In this document: positions 36,941-49,000 of the stretch, in pieces
Layout of the letters: every line of letters starts with the position of its first letter
How positions within the stretch are numbered: the first letter of the stretch is position 1
IMG/VR virus record: IMGVR_UViG_3300010354_000070
Span: 6,807-70,806 of that record
Strand: one strand, 5' to 3'
Length of the DNA stretch: 64,000 nucleotides
Source of the DNA: a virus
Position numbers and translations under genes: made by a program
The notes under the pieces: model-generated
Told to the model about the DNA's origin: nothing
Database searches by the model: none
What the model saw: only the letters and a program-made list of their open reading frames with translations

Positions 36941-37130
36941 TTAACAACTCCTTCAATAAATCTTTTATTTCATTTATATCTTCTTTCATTTTATCTAATT
37001 CTTTTTTTTGATTATACCTATTATTTACGCTATTAATATATTGATTATATGAAGTATTATCAAAATTGATAATTGCTCCTGTATTTTCATCTCTATATAA
37101 ATTTGGGTGCCCTTCTACTGGTATCATCAT
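36927..37130 (-). CDS. Small conserved hypothetical protein
   Basis: IPVEGHPNLYRDENTGAIIN plus a C-terminal coiled coil; coupled to the VrlC-like gene. Confidence 0.75.
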   Translation of the reverse strand: MMIPVEGHPNLYRDENTGAIINFDNTSYNQYINSVNNRYNQKKELDKMKEDINEIKDLLKELLNGSK

Positions 37131-40100
37131 ACTGTTGCGATGCTTCTTAAATCTTTAAATCTTGGGGGATATGCTTGATTTGTAGATGACATAACAATTT
37201 TAATTGTATATCCAGTAAATTGCCCTAGATTATTTGCACTAAACTCATAATCCAAAAATTGGTCCTCTAAACTTGATGGCACAAATGTATCCGGCAAACC
37301 ACTGTTTTTAGATGCGTCTATAACATCCAAGAAACCATCATTATTATTATCTACAGTTAAATTATCATATCCTGGGAATAGTTCAAATGACTGCTCCACT
37401 TCACTTGAATCTGGTCGAATTAAACTATACAAAACTCTAAAATCTGCAGAAGAGTGTTTATATGCAGATACAATAACTTTCAAAGATGTGGCTGGTTGAG
37501 CAAGAAAAACTGTATTTGATATATATATTGCCATATGTGGATCATCTAATATGGAATTGACTCTACCATCATCAGAATAATTTAAAATTGGAGAATTAAT
37601 TCTATTACTATGATAATCTGTAAATGAATTATTAATGAAAATTTGGGGGGAAAGATATTTATTTGTTGTTCTTAAAGTTAAAGCCGTGATAAAAGATTTT
37701 TTTCTATCTAAATTAGAATAAGTTTCTTCATTTATTCTAGAACAAATAAGTCTAGTTGATGAGAGTTTATTCAAAGAATTTAACTGAATATTTTCATAAC
37801 CTTGATCTATAAAAGAACTTTCGGATCCACTTACACTTGTTCCACTTAATGTTCTTATTTTTGCATCTACAGATGTAAATGATCCTGGAGATAATATATT
37901 ATAATATGGAAAAATTGCATCATACTGAATATTTTCAGTTGCATAAACGTTTGGTCCTCCACATGAACTTTCATTTTCGAATGAAAGTTCAGGAGAACTT
38001 GCTAAAGATCCATTAGTAGTTCTGTTAGTTCCTTTATTATTTGACCTGTCAATTTCAATATAATAACTATCAACTCCAAGTCCAGTATCACTAATATCAT
38101 GTTGAGTATTAATTCTTCTCAAAGAAACTCCATTTAATTCATATTTGAATACTAAAGATCCCGTTGTATGATCTAAAATTTGAGTATTATCAATCCCCCT
38201 AGGTCCAAGATTTGTTAACGCAGTTGCCGACACATCTCTATATTCGATAATTTCATTATCAATTAAAATGTATCCCGGATTTGTTGGACCTACTGGCACA
38301 CCTTCAAATACACCAAAATTAGAAGTATTGGCTATTGATATTGAAGTTGAAGTTGAAATTAAATCTTGAGACAATGTTGTTGGTGGAATATTTGATAAAA
38401 TATTGGATAATTCAACTTTGTTATTTTTTGCGTACATTCCATGATTAAAATGATTAACTTTCATATAATTACCACTTGAAAATACGCCATATGGAGAAAA
38501 ATTTCTAATAATAGTAGAAGCAAGAGAAACTCTTTGTCCCAAATTATCATAATAAACTAATGAAGAAGTTCCATTATCAGTAAAACTACTACTTTGAACA
38601 TTTGAAAGATATAATGTGTCTATAGCATTATTATTTCCTGTAATTGAAATTCTTGCTCCGTTTCCACTTTTCGATGTAACAGAAGAAGTTACAATTCCAA
38701 CCACATCGCCAATTGAATAACCATTTCCAGGATTGACTATAGATATTCCTGTTATTGATGAAGTTCCAATAGAAACTGAAGATATATTTAAAGTTAAACC
38801 GGATCCATTTCCAATAATATTAAAAGTAGAAACTGGTGTGCTTACTACATAACCACTACCGCCAGTTGTAATATTTACACTAGATGCCGAACAACCAGTT
38901 CCAACAATATAACCATAATTATAGTTTGTTGCGGATTCTCCTATTTTTCTGCCAGTTGTAAGTATTCCTATAACACTAGGACTCGTAACAGTAGTTATAC
39001 CTAATTTAACTTTTTTTGGAAAAACTGTGATTGGATTTGTTGGAAGATTTTTAACAAATCCATTACTTTGATCTAAAGTTGGATTATAAAAATATGCAAC
39101 TCCAGGTGTAGTTATAAATTCAGCTCTATATAATCTGAATTTCATATCCTGATATTGATTTGCAGTCCATATAGATCCATTTTGAGATTTAAATAAACCA
39201 CCTATAGCAAATTGTTGTGCATAGAAGACACTTGAAGTATCTGGTAAATTTTTAGTTTGTATAGTTTTTTCTCCCATCTGGGCAATAAAAACTTGATATT
39301 CATTACTTTCTGGTGCCAATAAAACAATAGCATATTCGTTATTTGGTTCAAGATAAATTGGATAATCAAAAGTTACCTTTGTTGCAACGCTTCCGTCATC
39401 AGAAGTTTTTATTTGATCTGGCCTTAAAACTACAGAATTTCCCAAAGCAATGCGAGTGGGAGTTCCAAGTTCCATAGTTCTTACTTGAACAGTAAGAGGA
39501 GCATTTCCCGAATCTTTAGTATAGAAAAATAAATCTACTGCAGTTATAAAAGCACCATTTTCGTCATTATTTGGGGTAGTGCTTCCACCAACACTAAAAG
39601 ATTGTGCTAAAGGATCGTAATATTCGATTCTTTCTCTAGTAATAGTTGTAGTTGTTGTTTTAGTTGAAGTAATTGTAGATGTATTGGTAATTAAAGTTTC
39701 GTAAAGTTCAGCAGTTCCTTCTGATTTATAATTAGTTTCAGCTGAAGAAATGGTAGTGTCACCTAAAATTCCAATTCTATTTGTTGAGCTAGAACTAACC
39801 TTATAAGTTTTTGTTCCAGTATTTATTCTAACTGATGGTGCAGGATTTGTATTGGGATCTCTTAAGAAAAATGCTCCTATTAAATCACCATAATCATCTG
39901 ATATTAATCTCAAATCTTTAACATAAGCTTTAGCACCACTAGTTTTTCCAACTAATAACATCCCTTTAAGTAAATAACCGGAATAAAGACCTTGAGCTTC
40001 TTCAGATAAAGAATAAGTATCAACATTTAAAACTTTAGATGAATTGCTATAAGAATTTGGAATTTGTTCTGTTTTTATGTAAGGATTTGAAATATATTTT

Positions 40101-43100
40101 GTAGATGGATTATCAAAGTCACCAAATTTATGATTTGGAGATGCAACTCTAAATTGAATTATTGGTATTGAAGAATTATTTCCTTCATAATGATAACCAG
40201 ATACAGTTTCCCCAATTTGAAAAGATCCCAATGATCCATATGTTTGTAATGTCGAATCTGTTGATATTTCTACTAGTTTTGGAATAAAGTCTACTTGTGA
40301 ATTTCCATCTAAAAATTGATAAAATCTTGTAAATGGTTTCAAATTACTAATAGAAAATTGTGTGTTACGAGATCTCATAAATTCTTCAGGTGTAGATCCA
40401 ATAAAAGATGTTGCACTATTTGAAGATGATGTACTTGAAACTAAAGTTGTAGAAGTAGATTGGGTACTAATTGTTCTATAATCAACTCGACGACCTGTTC
40501 TGAATATTTCCCAGTTTGCAACTCTTACAGTTCTTTCATTCATAATTGTTTGATTTTTTTCCAAATAGATATAATTTGTAATACTAATTGTTCTATTTGG
40601 AAGTTGAACTGTTCTAACCCAACTATCTTTAGATGGGAAAAGTTTGATAAATCCATTATAAGAAATCACATGAAATGGATTTACATTTTCAACTCTAGTT
40701 GCTAATAATTGAGAAATCCATGCAATTTCTGTATATTTTAATGTAACTGATTCTCCAGTTTTTTTAACATTTTCATCAATTAATTGATAGTTTCCCGATA
40801 AATCAATTAGTTCATTTGGTAACTGAGTTTTAGGTGCCAAATAATTTTTTAAACTATTTCTAGAAATAATAGGAATTAATTCTTCTGATTGAGTGTCAAT
40901 TTCAATAGATGATAAATTTTTATTAATTCTGGAATAGTCTTTAAAATCATCTACAAAAAATCCAGTTTTGAATCTATTAAATCCTTGAGCATCTTGTATT
41001 TCTAAAGTTTTTGTATTTAATTCTAATAAAGATAATGATGTAACTCTTTCTAAATTTTTAACCCTACTATCAATAAAACCTATATCTCTCATTGTATATC
41101 TTCTATTATCAGCAAGGACTATTATCGCTTCTTTTGGTGAATACAAATATGGTGGTAAAGAAATTGTGGCTAATTCCATACTATCATCAATTCTTAGTGG
41201 CGATGATGGTAAACTGGAACTAACTCCCTTCAAATATACAAAATTTCCTAATCTATCGAGATAAATCTTATCAGTTCTTCCAATGTAATATCTGTATCCT
41301 ATTATTGCGTTTTCATCTGGCGATAAATTTAAAATGTTATTTGAAATAAAATTTCTTGAGGAAAAATCAAAAGGAGAGGAAGAATTTCCGGTAAATACGT
41401 TGACCCTTGGCCTAAAGTCTAAAACATCAGTAGATCTAATATTGTTTATTCCCAAATTTGGAATATCCGATGTAAATCGTTCTTCATCATAACTCAAAAC
41501 AGTAAAAACATCTCCAGAATCATTTGTTGGTACTGAATAGTGATCAAAAATAACTAAAAGTTGCTTTGATGGACTAGCAACACCTTCATTTCTAACAATA
41601 CTAGAATAGTCATAATACTGATCTTTTTGCCCCTTATCTAAAATAAAATTATTCGTTATATCAGTATATTTACCTGCAGTGATGCTATTAATAGTGGTGT
41701 TAACATTAGATTCTTTAAAAATTACTGTTTCATTTTCTACAAATCTATGTGAATTTAAATATACAATACCAACGGAATTTACAGACTTCGTAACAACTCT
41801 TGCAATTGCGTTACCATCCGAACCAATCACATTTTCCCCAATTATAACATTATTTTGCACATTTACCAAAACACTAAAATTCAACAAATCAAGAGTTGGA
41901 TTAGAGGTATCTAAAGACTCATATATTGCTATTATTTTTGCAACATCGGGATAGTTGAGTGAGATCCTTTCATCCTGGACTCTTAATCCATAAAATTTAT
42001 TGTAAATCAAACCATCATTTAATGTACTATTGATACCAACTCCAGATCTTGGATTATTTGAATATACTATATTAATAACTTGACTCTTATTAAATTGTTT
42101 TATTTTACTCTTTATTCCTGGTTTCGCAAAAGATGCATTTATTGTAGATGTAGTTTTTCCTGGAGTTAAATTTGATAAAGTGACTAAATTATTTGATAAT
42201 GAAAATTTATCAGATGTTAATTTTTCTATTGATCCATCACTATAATGAACTGAATATCTTTCAACATCGAATGGTAAAAATAATGCTGTCGTCAATCCTG
42301 TAGGAAAAGAAAAATCAGATACCGATAGTACTATCTGATTTTCTATTCCCGATGGAGATTTGGATACAGTTGATTGTGCAGTAAAGTTTAACTCGGAATT
42401 TTCTAAATTTACTGAAGAAATATTTGAATTTGGCAATTGAGCATACAAAAATGATCTTTCCGTATTTCTAATTTTAGTAATTCCTAGTGAAAATGTAGTT
42501 GAAGTAACCACTCCAACAGATCCATCACAAATACCAGAAACATTCTCGACACTTCCAACAGTTATACTAGTCCCATTAGAATTTATTGATAAAACTCTAT
42601 TAAAAGTTTCTAAATTAAATCCAGGTTTTTGATATCTAATAATTGTATCTGTTTTAATGCCAACGAAAAATTTTCCGGGGGAAGTTACTGTCCCGCTACT
42701 GGATATAGTTATAGTATCAGTGGGACTAAATCCAGGTGCTAAAACTTTTTCTAATATACAGTCACTTAAAAATGCAGTTGCAAAACCAACAGAAGTTGGT
42801 TGATAAATTTGTTTTATATCATCAATACTATATGAACGAATCTCTGATATTGTTCTTGAAATATCTTCCAATCCATTAATAAGAATTTGTTCTCCTTGAA
42901 TAAAAGTTCCAGAAGTCTGATTTAAACTTATTAAATTTGATCCATCACCGGAAATAGAGGCATATCCACTTGCTCCACTACTTTTTCCTTTTACAAAAGA
43001 AGATTTTGGTAACTGCAAAGAACTTAATGATTGATTTAAAACTAATATCGTATAAGTTTGAATATCAAATAAATATAAGTCCCAACTTGATGTTTGATCT

Positions 43101-44446
43101 TTGTATGCAGAATCCGTTAATCTGTAATTATAAACCCTAGCTTCACCCATTTTTGTTAATGTAGAAGGATTTCCACTTGAATTTCTTCTTAATGAGTGTA
43201 GCTCTACTAATTCATTTTGTTTAGGAACTCCAGATACATTATTAACTCTGAATAAATTCCCCATTTCAAAAGGAACACTTACGTCAGAAACACCTACAGT
43301 ATCTCTAGGTTTTTCTACATCTAAAATTGTAGTTATTGTTTTTTCAATATCATAACCCTTCACATAGGCTTTTCCTGGGGATAATTTAACGCACATTAAA
43401 TTATCAGAAGGTGTATTTCCTTGCTCTGTTTTTTCATTATTAAAAAATAATCCATCATTTCCAAGTCTATCATTTAAAGAATTATGCAATGAAATTTTAA
43501 ATGATTCTACAGAATAATTCCCAGATTCATCAAATGTTCTCTGGGCAAAATAATCTTTAATTATGGAATAATCTGTTTTTGTTTGTACTTTTTTTATTTC
43601 TCCTTCTTCTATTCTAACTAATTCTATAAAATCAGTGTCACTATCTACATTATCTATTGTTTTTTTAGATAGCTCAAGAAATATTTTAAATCTATCAGCT
43701 CCTGGAGCAGAATAATTTGTAAAACCTTTTGCATTATCATTTAATGAATCATCTTCTTTTGACGTTATAATTTCTTCACTTACCTTTAAACCAACTCTAT
43801 ATGATGGTTTATTATCATAATAATCTAAAATAATAGTTTGTTTAGATATGCTGACAAAAGATCCTCTTACAAAATAAACTCCTTCTAAAATAGAAGCAGA
43901 TGATCCAATAGCACATGCATCTGAAGATATCAGTGAAGCAAAAGGAGTCCCAGAAAATATTGTAGTATTTCCATAAACAATATTTTCATCCGAAATAATA
44001 AATTCTCCATCCTGAAATTGACTTATAGTGAAATTAGAGTCTGAATCTATGTATTTTACATATGCAGTAATGTACTCAATATCATTTATATTATTCGGAA
44101 TTTCTATTCTTTGTATAATGGCAGTGATACCAGATGTTTGCCCTATAATTTTTTTACCAACATACTTATTAATATAAAGAGATATATCAATACCAAAGTT
44201 AGTTTGTTTTAATTTTACAGCATAATATTGAGGGTCATAAGTAATGTTTCCTGGAATTACTACAGAACCTTCTTTAAATATATGACTTCCAAATGATTCT
44301 ATTTGATTTTGTAAAATTGATTGAAAATTATTAAGTTCTCTCGCTTGTATTGGTCTTCCTGGATTAAAAAGAACCTTATAAAAATTTTTTTCTTTATTGA
44401 AGTCGTCAAAATATGGACTTACATTTAAATTTGTTTTTTGTGCCAT
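37127..44446 (-). CDS. Large virion structural protein, VrlC/DUF4815-like (2439 aa)
   Basis: NLNVSPYFDDF...VLFNPGRPIQARELN, APGADRFK, RRYTMRDIG, DPLAQSF, LFKSQNGSIW. Confidence 0.85.
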   Translation of the reverse strand: MAQKTNLNVSPYFDDFNKEKNFYKVLFNPGRPIQARELNNFQSILQNQIESFGSHIFKEGSVVIPGNITYDPQYYAVKLKQTNFGIDISLYINKYVGKKIIGQTSGITAIIQRIEIPNNINDIEYITAYVKYIDSDSNFTISQFQDGEFIISDENIVYGNTTIFSGTPFASLISSDACAIGSSASILEGVYFVRGSFVSISKQTIILDYYDNKPSYRVGLKVSEEIITSKEDDSLNDNAKGFTNYSAPGADRFKIFLELSKKTIDNVDSDTDFIELVRIEEGEIKKVQTKTDYSIIKDYFAQRTFDESGNYSVESFKISLHNSLNDRLGNDGLFFNNEKTEQGNTPSDNLMCVKLSPGKAYVKGYDIEKTITTILDVEKPRDTVGVSDVSVPFEMGNLFRVNNVSGVPKQNELVELHSLRRNSSGNPSTLTKMGEARVYNYRLTDSAYKDQTSSWDLYLFDIQTYTILVLNQSLSSLQLPKSSFVKGKSSGASGYASISGDGSNLISLNQTSGTFIQGEQILINGLEDISRTISEIRSYSIDDIKQIYQPTSVGFATAFLSDCILEKVLAPGFSPTDTITISSSGTVTSPGKFFVGIKTDTIIRYQKPGFNLETFNRVLSINSNGTSITVGSVENVSGICDGSVGVVTSTTFSLGITKIRNTERSFLYAQLPNSNISSVNLENSELNFTAQSTVSKSPSGIENQIVLSVSDFSFPTGLTTALFLPFDVERYSVHYSDGSIEKLTSDKFSLSNNLVTLSNLTPGKTTSTINASFAKPGIKSKIKQFNKSQVINIVYSNNPRSGVGINSTLNDGLIYNKFYGLRVQDERISLNYPDVAKIIAIYESLDTSNPTLDLLNFSVLVNVQNNVIIGENVIGSDGNAIARVVTKSVNSVGIVYLNSHRFVENETVIFKESNVNTTINSITAGKYTDITNNFILDKGQKDQYYDYSSIVRNEGVASPSKQLLVIFDHYSVPTNDSGDVFTVLSYDEERFTSDIPNLGINNIRSTDVLDFRPRVNVFTGNSSSPFDFSSRNFISNNILNLSPDENAIIGYRYYIGRTDKIYLDRLGNFVYLKGVSSSLPSSPLRIDDSMELATISLPPYLYSPKEAIIVLADNRRYTMRDIGFIDSRVKNLERVTSLSLLELNTKTLEIQDAQGFNRFKTGFFVDDFKDYSRINKNLSSIEIDTQSEELIPIISRNSLKNYLAPKTQLPNELIDLSGNYQLIDENVKKTGESVTLKYTEIAWISQLLATRVENVNPFHVISYNGFIKLFPSKDSWVRTVQLPNRTISITNYIYLEKNQTIMNERTVRVANWEIFRTGRRVDYRTISTQSTSTTLVSSTSSSNSATSFIGSTPEEFMRSRNTQFSISNLKPFTRFYQFLDGNSQVDFIPKLVEISTDSTLQTYGSLGSFQIGETVSGYHYEGNNSSIPIIQFRVASPNHKFGDFDNPSTKYISNPYIKTEQIPNSYSNSSKVLNVDTYSLSEEAQGLYSGYLLKGMLLVGKTSGAKAYVKDLRLISDDYGDLIGAFFLRDPNTNPAPSVRINTGTKTYKVSSSSTNRIGILGDTTISSAETNYKSEGTAELYETLITNTSTITSTKTTTTTITRERIEYYDPLAQSFSVGGSTTPNNDENGAFITAVDLFFYTKDSGNAPLTVQVRTMELGTPTRIALGNSVVLRPDQIKTSDDGSVATKVTFDYPIYLEPNNEYAIVLLAPESNEYQVFIAQMGEKTIQTKNLPDTSSVFYAQQFAIGGLFKSQNGSIWTANQYQDMKFRLYRAEFITTPGVAYFYNPTLDQSNGFVKNLPTNPITVFPKKVKLGITTVTSPSVIGILTTGRKIGESATNYNYGYIVGTGCSASSVNITTGGSGYVVSTPVSTFNIIGNGSGLTLNISSVSIGTSSITGISIVNPGNGYSIGDVVGIVTSSVTSKSGNGARISITGNNNAIDTLYLSNVQSSSFTDNGTSSLVYYDNLGQRVSLASTIIRNFSPYGVFSSGNYMKVNHFNHGMYAKNNKVELSNILSNIPPTTLSQDLISTSTSISIANTSNFGVFEGVPVGPTNPGYILIDNEIIEYRDVSATALTNLGPRGIDNTQILDHTTGSLVFKYELNGVSLRRINTQHDISDTGLGVDSYYIEIDRSNNKGTNRTTNGSLASSPELSFENESSCGGPNVYATENIQYDAIFPYYNILSPGSFTSVDAKIRTLSGTSVSGSESSFIDQGYENIQLNSLNKLSSTRLICSRINEETYSNLDRKKSFITALTLRTTNKYLSPQIFINNSFTDYHSNRINSPILNYSDDGRVNSILDDPHMAIYISNTVFLAQPATSLKVIVSAYKHSSADFRVLYSLIRPDSSEVEQSFELFPGYDNLTVDNNNDGFLDVIDASKNSGLPDTFVPSSLEDQFLDYEFSANNLGQFTGYTIKIVMSSTNQAYPPRFKDLRSIATV

Positions 44447-44449
44447 TTT

Positions 44450-46027
44450 TTAAAATTCCAGGATAATTTTAATATCTTCTTTTTGTCGAATATTTCTAGT
44501 TATTAAGGGACGATTATCAACATAAATTATATCCCCTGTTTTTTTATTTATCTCTGGATTTGCAAACCCATTTTCAAAAGATACACCAAGGTTAATAATA
44601 TTATTATTAACAATGGTTGTAATTCCACTAAGAGTGGTGTCTACATTACAATTAAATCCACCTTCTATTGTTAAAGTACCTATAGGTGAAAAAGTGACAT
44701 TTGCATTTTTTCCTGTAGAAACTCCAACATAATCTGTTTGATCAAAACTAGTTTTATTATAATATAGTGATCTATCTTTAAAATATTTTAAAACATTAGT
44801 AGTTGTATCGTAAGAAGCGACATATCCAAATGCACCTGATGATGATTGAGAAATTTTTTTACCTATTTCTGGAATAGTTGTACTTCCAGTTTGTGGTGTA
44901 ACTTTGATTGCATATAAATTCGAAAATTGAGATCCAGTGTAAATTCCAGAAGAAGTAAAAGAAGATGGATTTTTTATTATTCCAACTTGACAAAATTTAG
45001 TATCTATAGGAAAATCTCTAGTAGAATCATCAAATCTAGAATAAATTAAAACTTTGTCAGCACCAAGTTCTTTATATAAATCATACCCATGTCCATATGA
45101 AGGTGGAATAATTGGAATTAATTTTGCCGGATATTGCAAATTATCGCTCTGATTTGTTCTTAAAGATCCCAAATCAACAATTCCATAGGTATATCCATAT
45201 CCACCTGAAGTGACAATAGTGTCTACAATTTCACCAACTGAATTAACTTCAACATATACTTTTCCACCAGAACCATCCCCCAAAATATCTACTTCACCGC
45301 TACTATAATTTTTTCCTTGATTTTCAATATATACTGTTTTTATTTGATTGTTATTAATTCTAGAATCTCCATTTTCTCTTACAGAAACAATTTGAGGATC
45401 TGTTGATGTTTGCCAATTATTCGGTAAAGTAATGTATTCTGTAGAATCAAACTTTATAATATCGCTTGGGGGGACAGTGAAAAGATATTTCCATAAGTAA
45501 TTATCTTCTCCCGTTCCAGCAATAGAAGGCTCTAAATCTGTAAATAGTGGTTCAAATTGTGATTGATTTCCTGTTGAATTTATTCCACTTGAACCATTTT
45601 CTATACATATATAGACTTTATATTCACTATTCATTACATAATAATTTGAATCATATAATCTATATCTTTTTGATATTGGAGTTGAATTTTCTATACTATA
45701 ATCATGCCTATACATATCATATTTTGTTCCTCTAGCCCAATCAACTCTTCTTATAACTCTTCTAACATTAGACGATGTTATTTTTTTGCCATAAAGAAGA
45801 GTATCTTTATAATGATTTAAATGATTAAAAGAATCCATTGGATTGGGAACAACTTTGATTGAAGATGATTCGGTGCCTTCCCAATTTTCATTTCTCCCCA
45901 ATCCATTATCTATTTCTGGATTTGGCAATCCAACCCACACATAATATGAGTTTGTAGGATTATCTATAGATTCTAAAAAATTTGAGGCATTTAATATACG
46001 AAACTGATCTGTTACAAGTGCTGACAT
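44450..46027 (-). CDS. gp8: Baseplate wedge subunit
   Basis: MSALVTDQFRILNA, YDMYRHDY, KVYICIEN, YLWKYLF, GDIIYVDNR..I.R...QKEDIKIILEF. Confidence 0.92.
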   Translation of the reverse strand: MSALVTDQFRILNASNFLESIDNPTNSYYVWVGLPNPEIDNGLGRNENWEGTESSSIKVVPNPMDSFNHLNHYKDTLLYGKKITSSNVRRVIRRVDWARGTKYDMYRHDYSIENSTPISKRYRLYDSNYYVMNSEYKVYICIENGSSGINSTGNQSQFEPLFTDLEPSIAGTGEDNYLWKYLFTVPPSDIIKFDSTEYITLPNNWQTSTDPQIVSVRENGDSRINNNQIKTVYIENQGKNYSSGEVDILGDGSGGKVYVEVNSVGEIVDTIVTSGGYGYTYGIVDLGSLRTNQSDNLQYPAKLIPIIPPSYGHGYDLYKELGADKVLIYSRFDDSTRDFPIDTKFCQVGIIKNPSSFTSSGIYTGSQFSNLYAIKVTPQTGSTTIPEIGKKISQSSSGAFGYVASYDTTTNVLKYFKDRSLYYNKTSFDQTDYVGVSTGKNANVTFSPIGTLTIEGGFNCNVDTTLSGITTIVNNNIINLGVSFENGFANPEINKKTGDIIYVDNRPLITRNIRQKEDIKIILEF

Positions 46028-46046
46028 TTATAATAAACTTTTTATG

Positions 46047-46054
46047 TATTTATA
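46047..46054 (-). promoter_or_regulatory. T4-type late promoter for gp8
   Basis: TATAAATA. Confidence 0.75.
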
Positions 46055-46063
46055 TTAATTTTA

Positions 46064-49000
46064 TCATAAAATTTGATTTATTCTTAAATTTAAAGCTCCA
46101 ATATTTCTTAAACCATATCCTCTTCTTTGAATTATTGGATAAGTTGATAATCCAGAATTATAAGAAAAAGTTGTGATACCAATACTAGATGTGTACCCAC
46201 TAACTCCTATAGATATAGGAGAAGGTGAGCGACTAAACCCAGAAAGTTTTCCCCAAGAAAGTTTTCCTACTGGATAATTTATTATTCCTGTAGTAGCAAT
46301 TCCTATAGTAGAAGTAGTAGATAATATATTACATGTTAATATTCCAAGAGATGGAGTATATGCATTTACATGATAAATATTATTTAAAAATGAAGTACTA
46401 ATAGAAACTATATCATTATCTCCAGTATTTATTGAAGTAACACCATTACCAACATTTGTATTTAAAACATAAATTGGATATCCAACTAACAATGATGCCG
46501 GAGAAGGTGAAATAGTAAATTTAATTGCTAAAGGAACTCCTATTCCTACAGTTGTAGCAATTCCAACAATAGAAGATTCAAATCCCTGTATCGTTGTTAT
46601 ATTTTTTATAATTTCATATTTAGTATTATTTGTAGATACCAATACTTGAGGAGGAGATGAATTTGTGTATCCAAATCCAGGATTTGTAATAATTATTGGA
46701 GAAGTTACTGTTCCTGAAGTAGACACTGTTGCATATGCAGATGCTCTCTCTGAAATATTTTCTCCATTTTGATTTTTTATTAATCTTGGTGAAGAAATTA
46801 TTAAGGGAATAGTAGAACCAGTATATCCACTACCACCATCAATTATTTCCAATGAACTTATAGTTCCTGACAAAGATACAACTGCATTTACTTTTGCTGA
46901 AATTGGGTCTGCAATCTGATTTGCAATAAATGCGTCGAATTTAATTGGATTTTGATTTTCATAATTAAATAACTCGATACTATCTACAAAAATTTCGGGA
47001 GAAGAAGAGTTGAAGTCTTTTATAATGTTTGCTGTTGGGTAAATTTGTGGTTCTATGGAATTTCTAGATTTCGATACAAATTGCTCTTTTATTATTAAAT
47101 CGGACTTTTGTTTTGTCCAATAAACTGGTTTTTCAATATTTGTATCAATTCCTTGATCTATATATAGATTTGTTTCTATACGATCAGATCCTACAATTTC
47201 ATATACAATTCTAGAATTTTGAGTAATAGTATTCTCAATAAAATTATTATTACTAAAAACTTGTAAATCATCACCAATTTTTATAGTTTCATCTGTTTCT
47301 ATTAATTGACTATCTTCATCTCTTGTTCCTCGATAGAAAAATATATCAACTTTGTCATTTGGTTTTGGTGGAACTGAAAAAGTAAAACTAGTTCCACCAG
47401 TAAATTGATATGCATCTCCAGATTTTTGAAGAACACCATTTATAAAAATTATAAGTAGTGAAGAAAAATTAATTAATTGAGAATCAGCATCACTTTGATC
47501 TAATTCAAAACTTAATAATTCATTGTTATAATAAAGTGGAAATCTAGTTCTAACTCCATCTTGATATAATTTAATTGAATCAATATAATCTATTTCACCA
47601 AACTGCCAAGCACAAAAAGAATCATTAAAAGTTTCTAATACTGTAAGTCTAAATTGTTCTGGTGGGGAAGAAAATCCTCTAGCAGTTACTAATCCTACTG
47701 GAGTAAATACATCTCCTATTTGAAATCCATATCCGGGTCTAGTAATTTTAAAAGATGTAACTTGAAACAAGGTAGACCCAATACCTACTGACGTTGAACT
47801 GGCTCCAACTTCAACATTTAGTAATAAACCTTGTCCGGTATCAGTTGTTGTACCGATACCGAGTCTAGATACACCAATAACAGGTAAATTTTCATAACTA
47901 GGTGGAGATACATTAATTGTTGGATTTATATAACCAGTCCCACCTCCTATTATTGTAAAAGATAAAGTTCCTCCAGCTCCGACAATTGCTTTAACAGTAG
48001 CTGCCATTCCGACATGATTACTTTCAGTAACAGCAACAGAAACAGGATCTCTATAACCAGATCCAAATGAACCAGAAGTTGTTCCTATTCCAATTGATAC
48101 TATAGATCCACCAACACCAATAACTGCAGTTACAGATGCCCCAACTAATGGTGCGTATCCTAATCCAGATGAAGAACCTAAAGATACAATTATTCCACCT
48201 CTAGGTAATTGATTTTGATTGACATCAAAGGGTGATGTATAAACACTACCATCACTACTAGTAATACCAGTAAAAGTAATACTTGTAAGACCAACTGGTT
48301 CTGTTATAAAATAATTATTAGAAGAATTGTTCAATGTCGTTGGAGTTTGGAAAATATTGTTAATAAAAACAATACCATTTCCCCCACTAGTTCCTATACC
48401 AGTAGTGTTTATTCCGCGAGTTGTAAGAGTAAATGTTTGTTTTTTCCCAGTAAATTCTGTAGAAATATCATCATATAATCTATTAGTTTCATAATTTTTT
48501 CTTAAAAATACTCTTCCATTAAAACTAGATCTAATTCTGGGTAAATTACTTGGTTCTGGTTCAATAAAGTCTAATGAATTTCCTCTAGGTGCCTCGGTAA
48601 AGAAAATTTCATTTCCCACTATATTATATGACCCACGATATATTCTTACCAAAGATGTATCAGTGTGAATACCAGAAATTGATCCCAAAAATCCTCTTTT
48701 AACTTTTACTAATGGAATATCCCCAATAAACGAAATGGGACCAACATTTGTAGTTCCAACACCCACATTTTCCACTTTCATATACTCATTATCAATTTCT
48801 AATATATCATTAAGAGAAATAGAACTAATTCCACTTAATGCAAAAATAGTTTTATCTTCATTAATTTGACCTCCATTTTGAGATAAAGTATGTTTTATTG
48901 AAGTATATGTTATTGGATATTGAGCTATATTATCTATAGTAATTAAAGTCTTTTCATTTTTTTTATACATTTCTATTTCGTGAGCATTTCCAACCCCAAC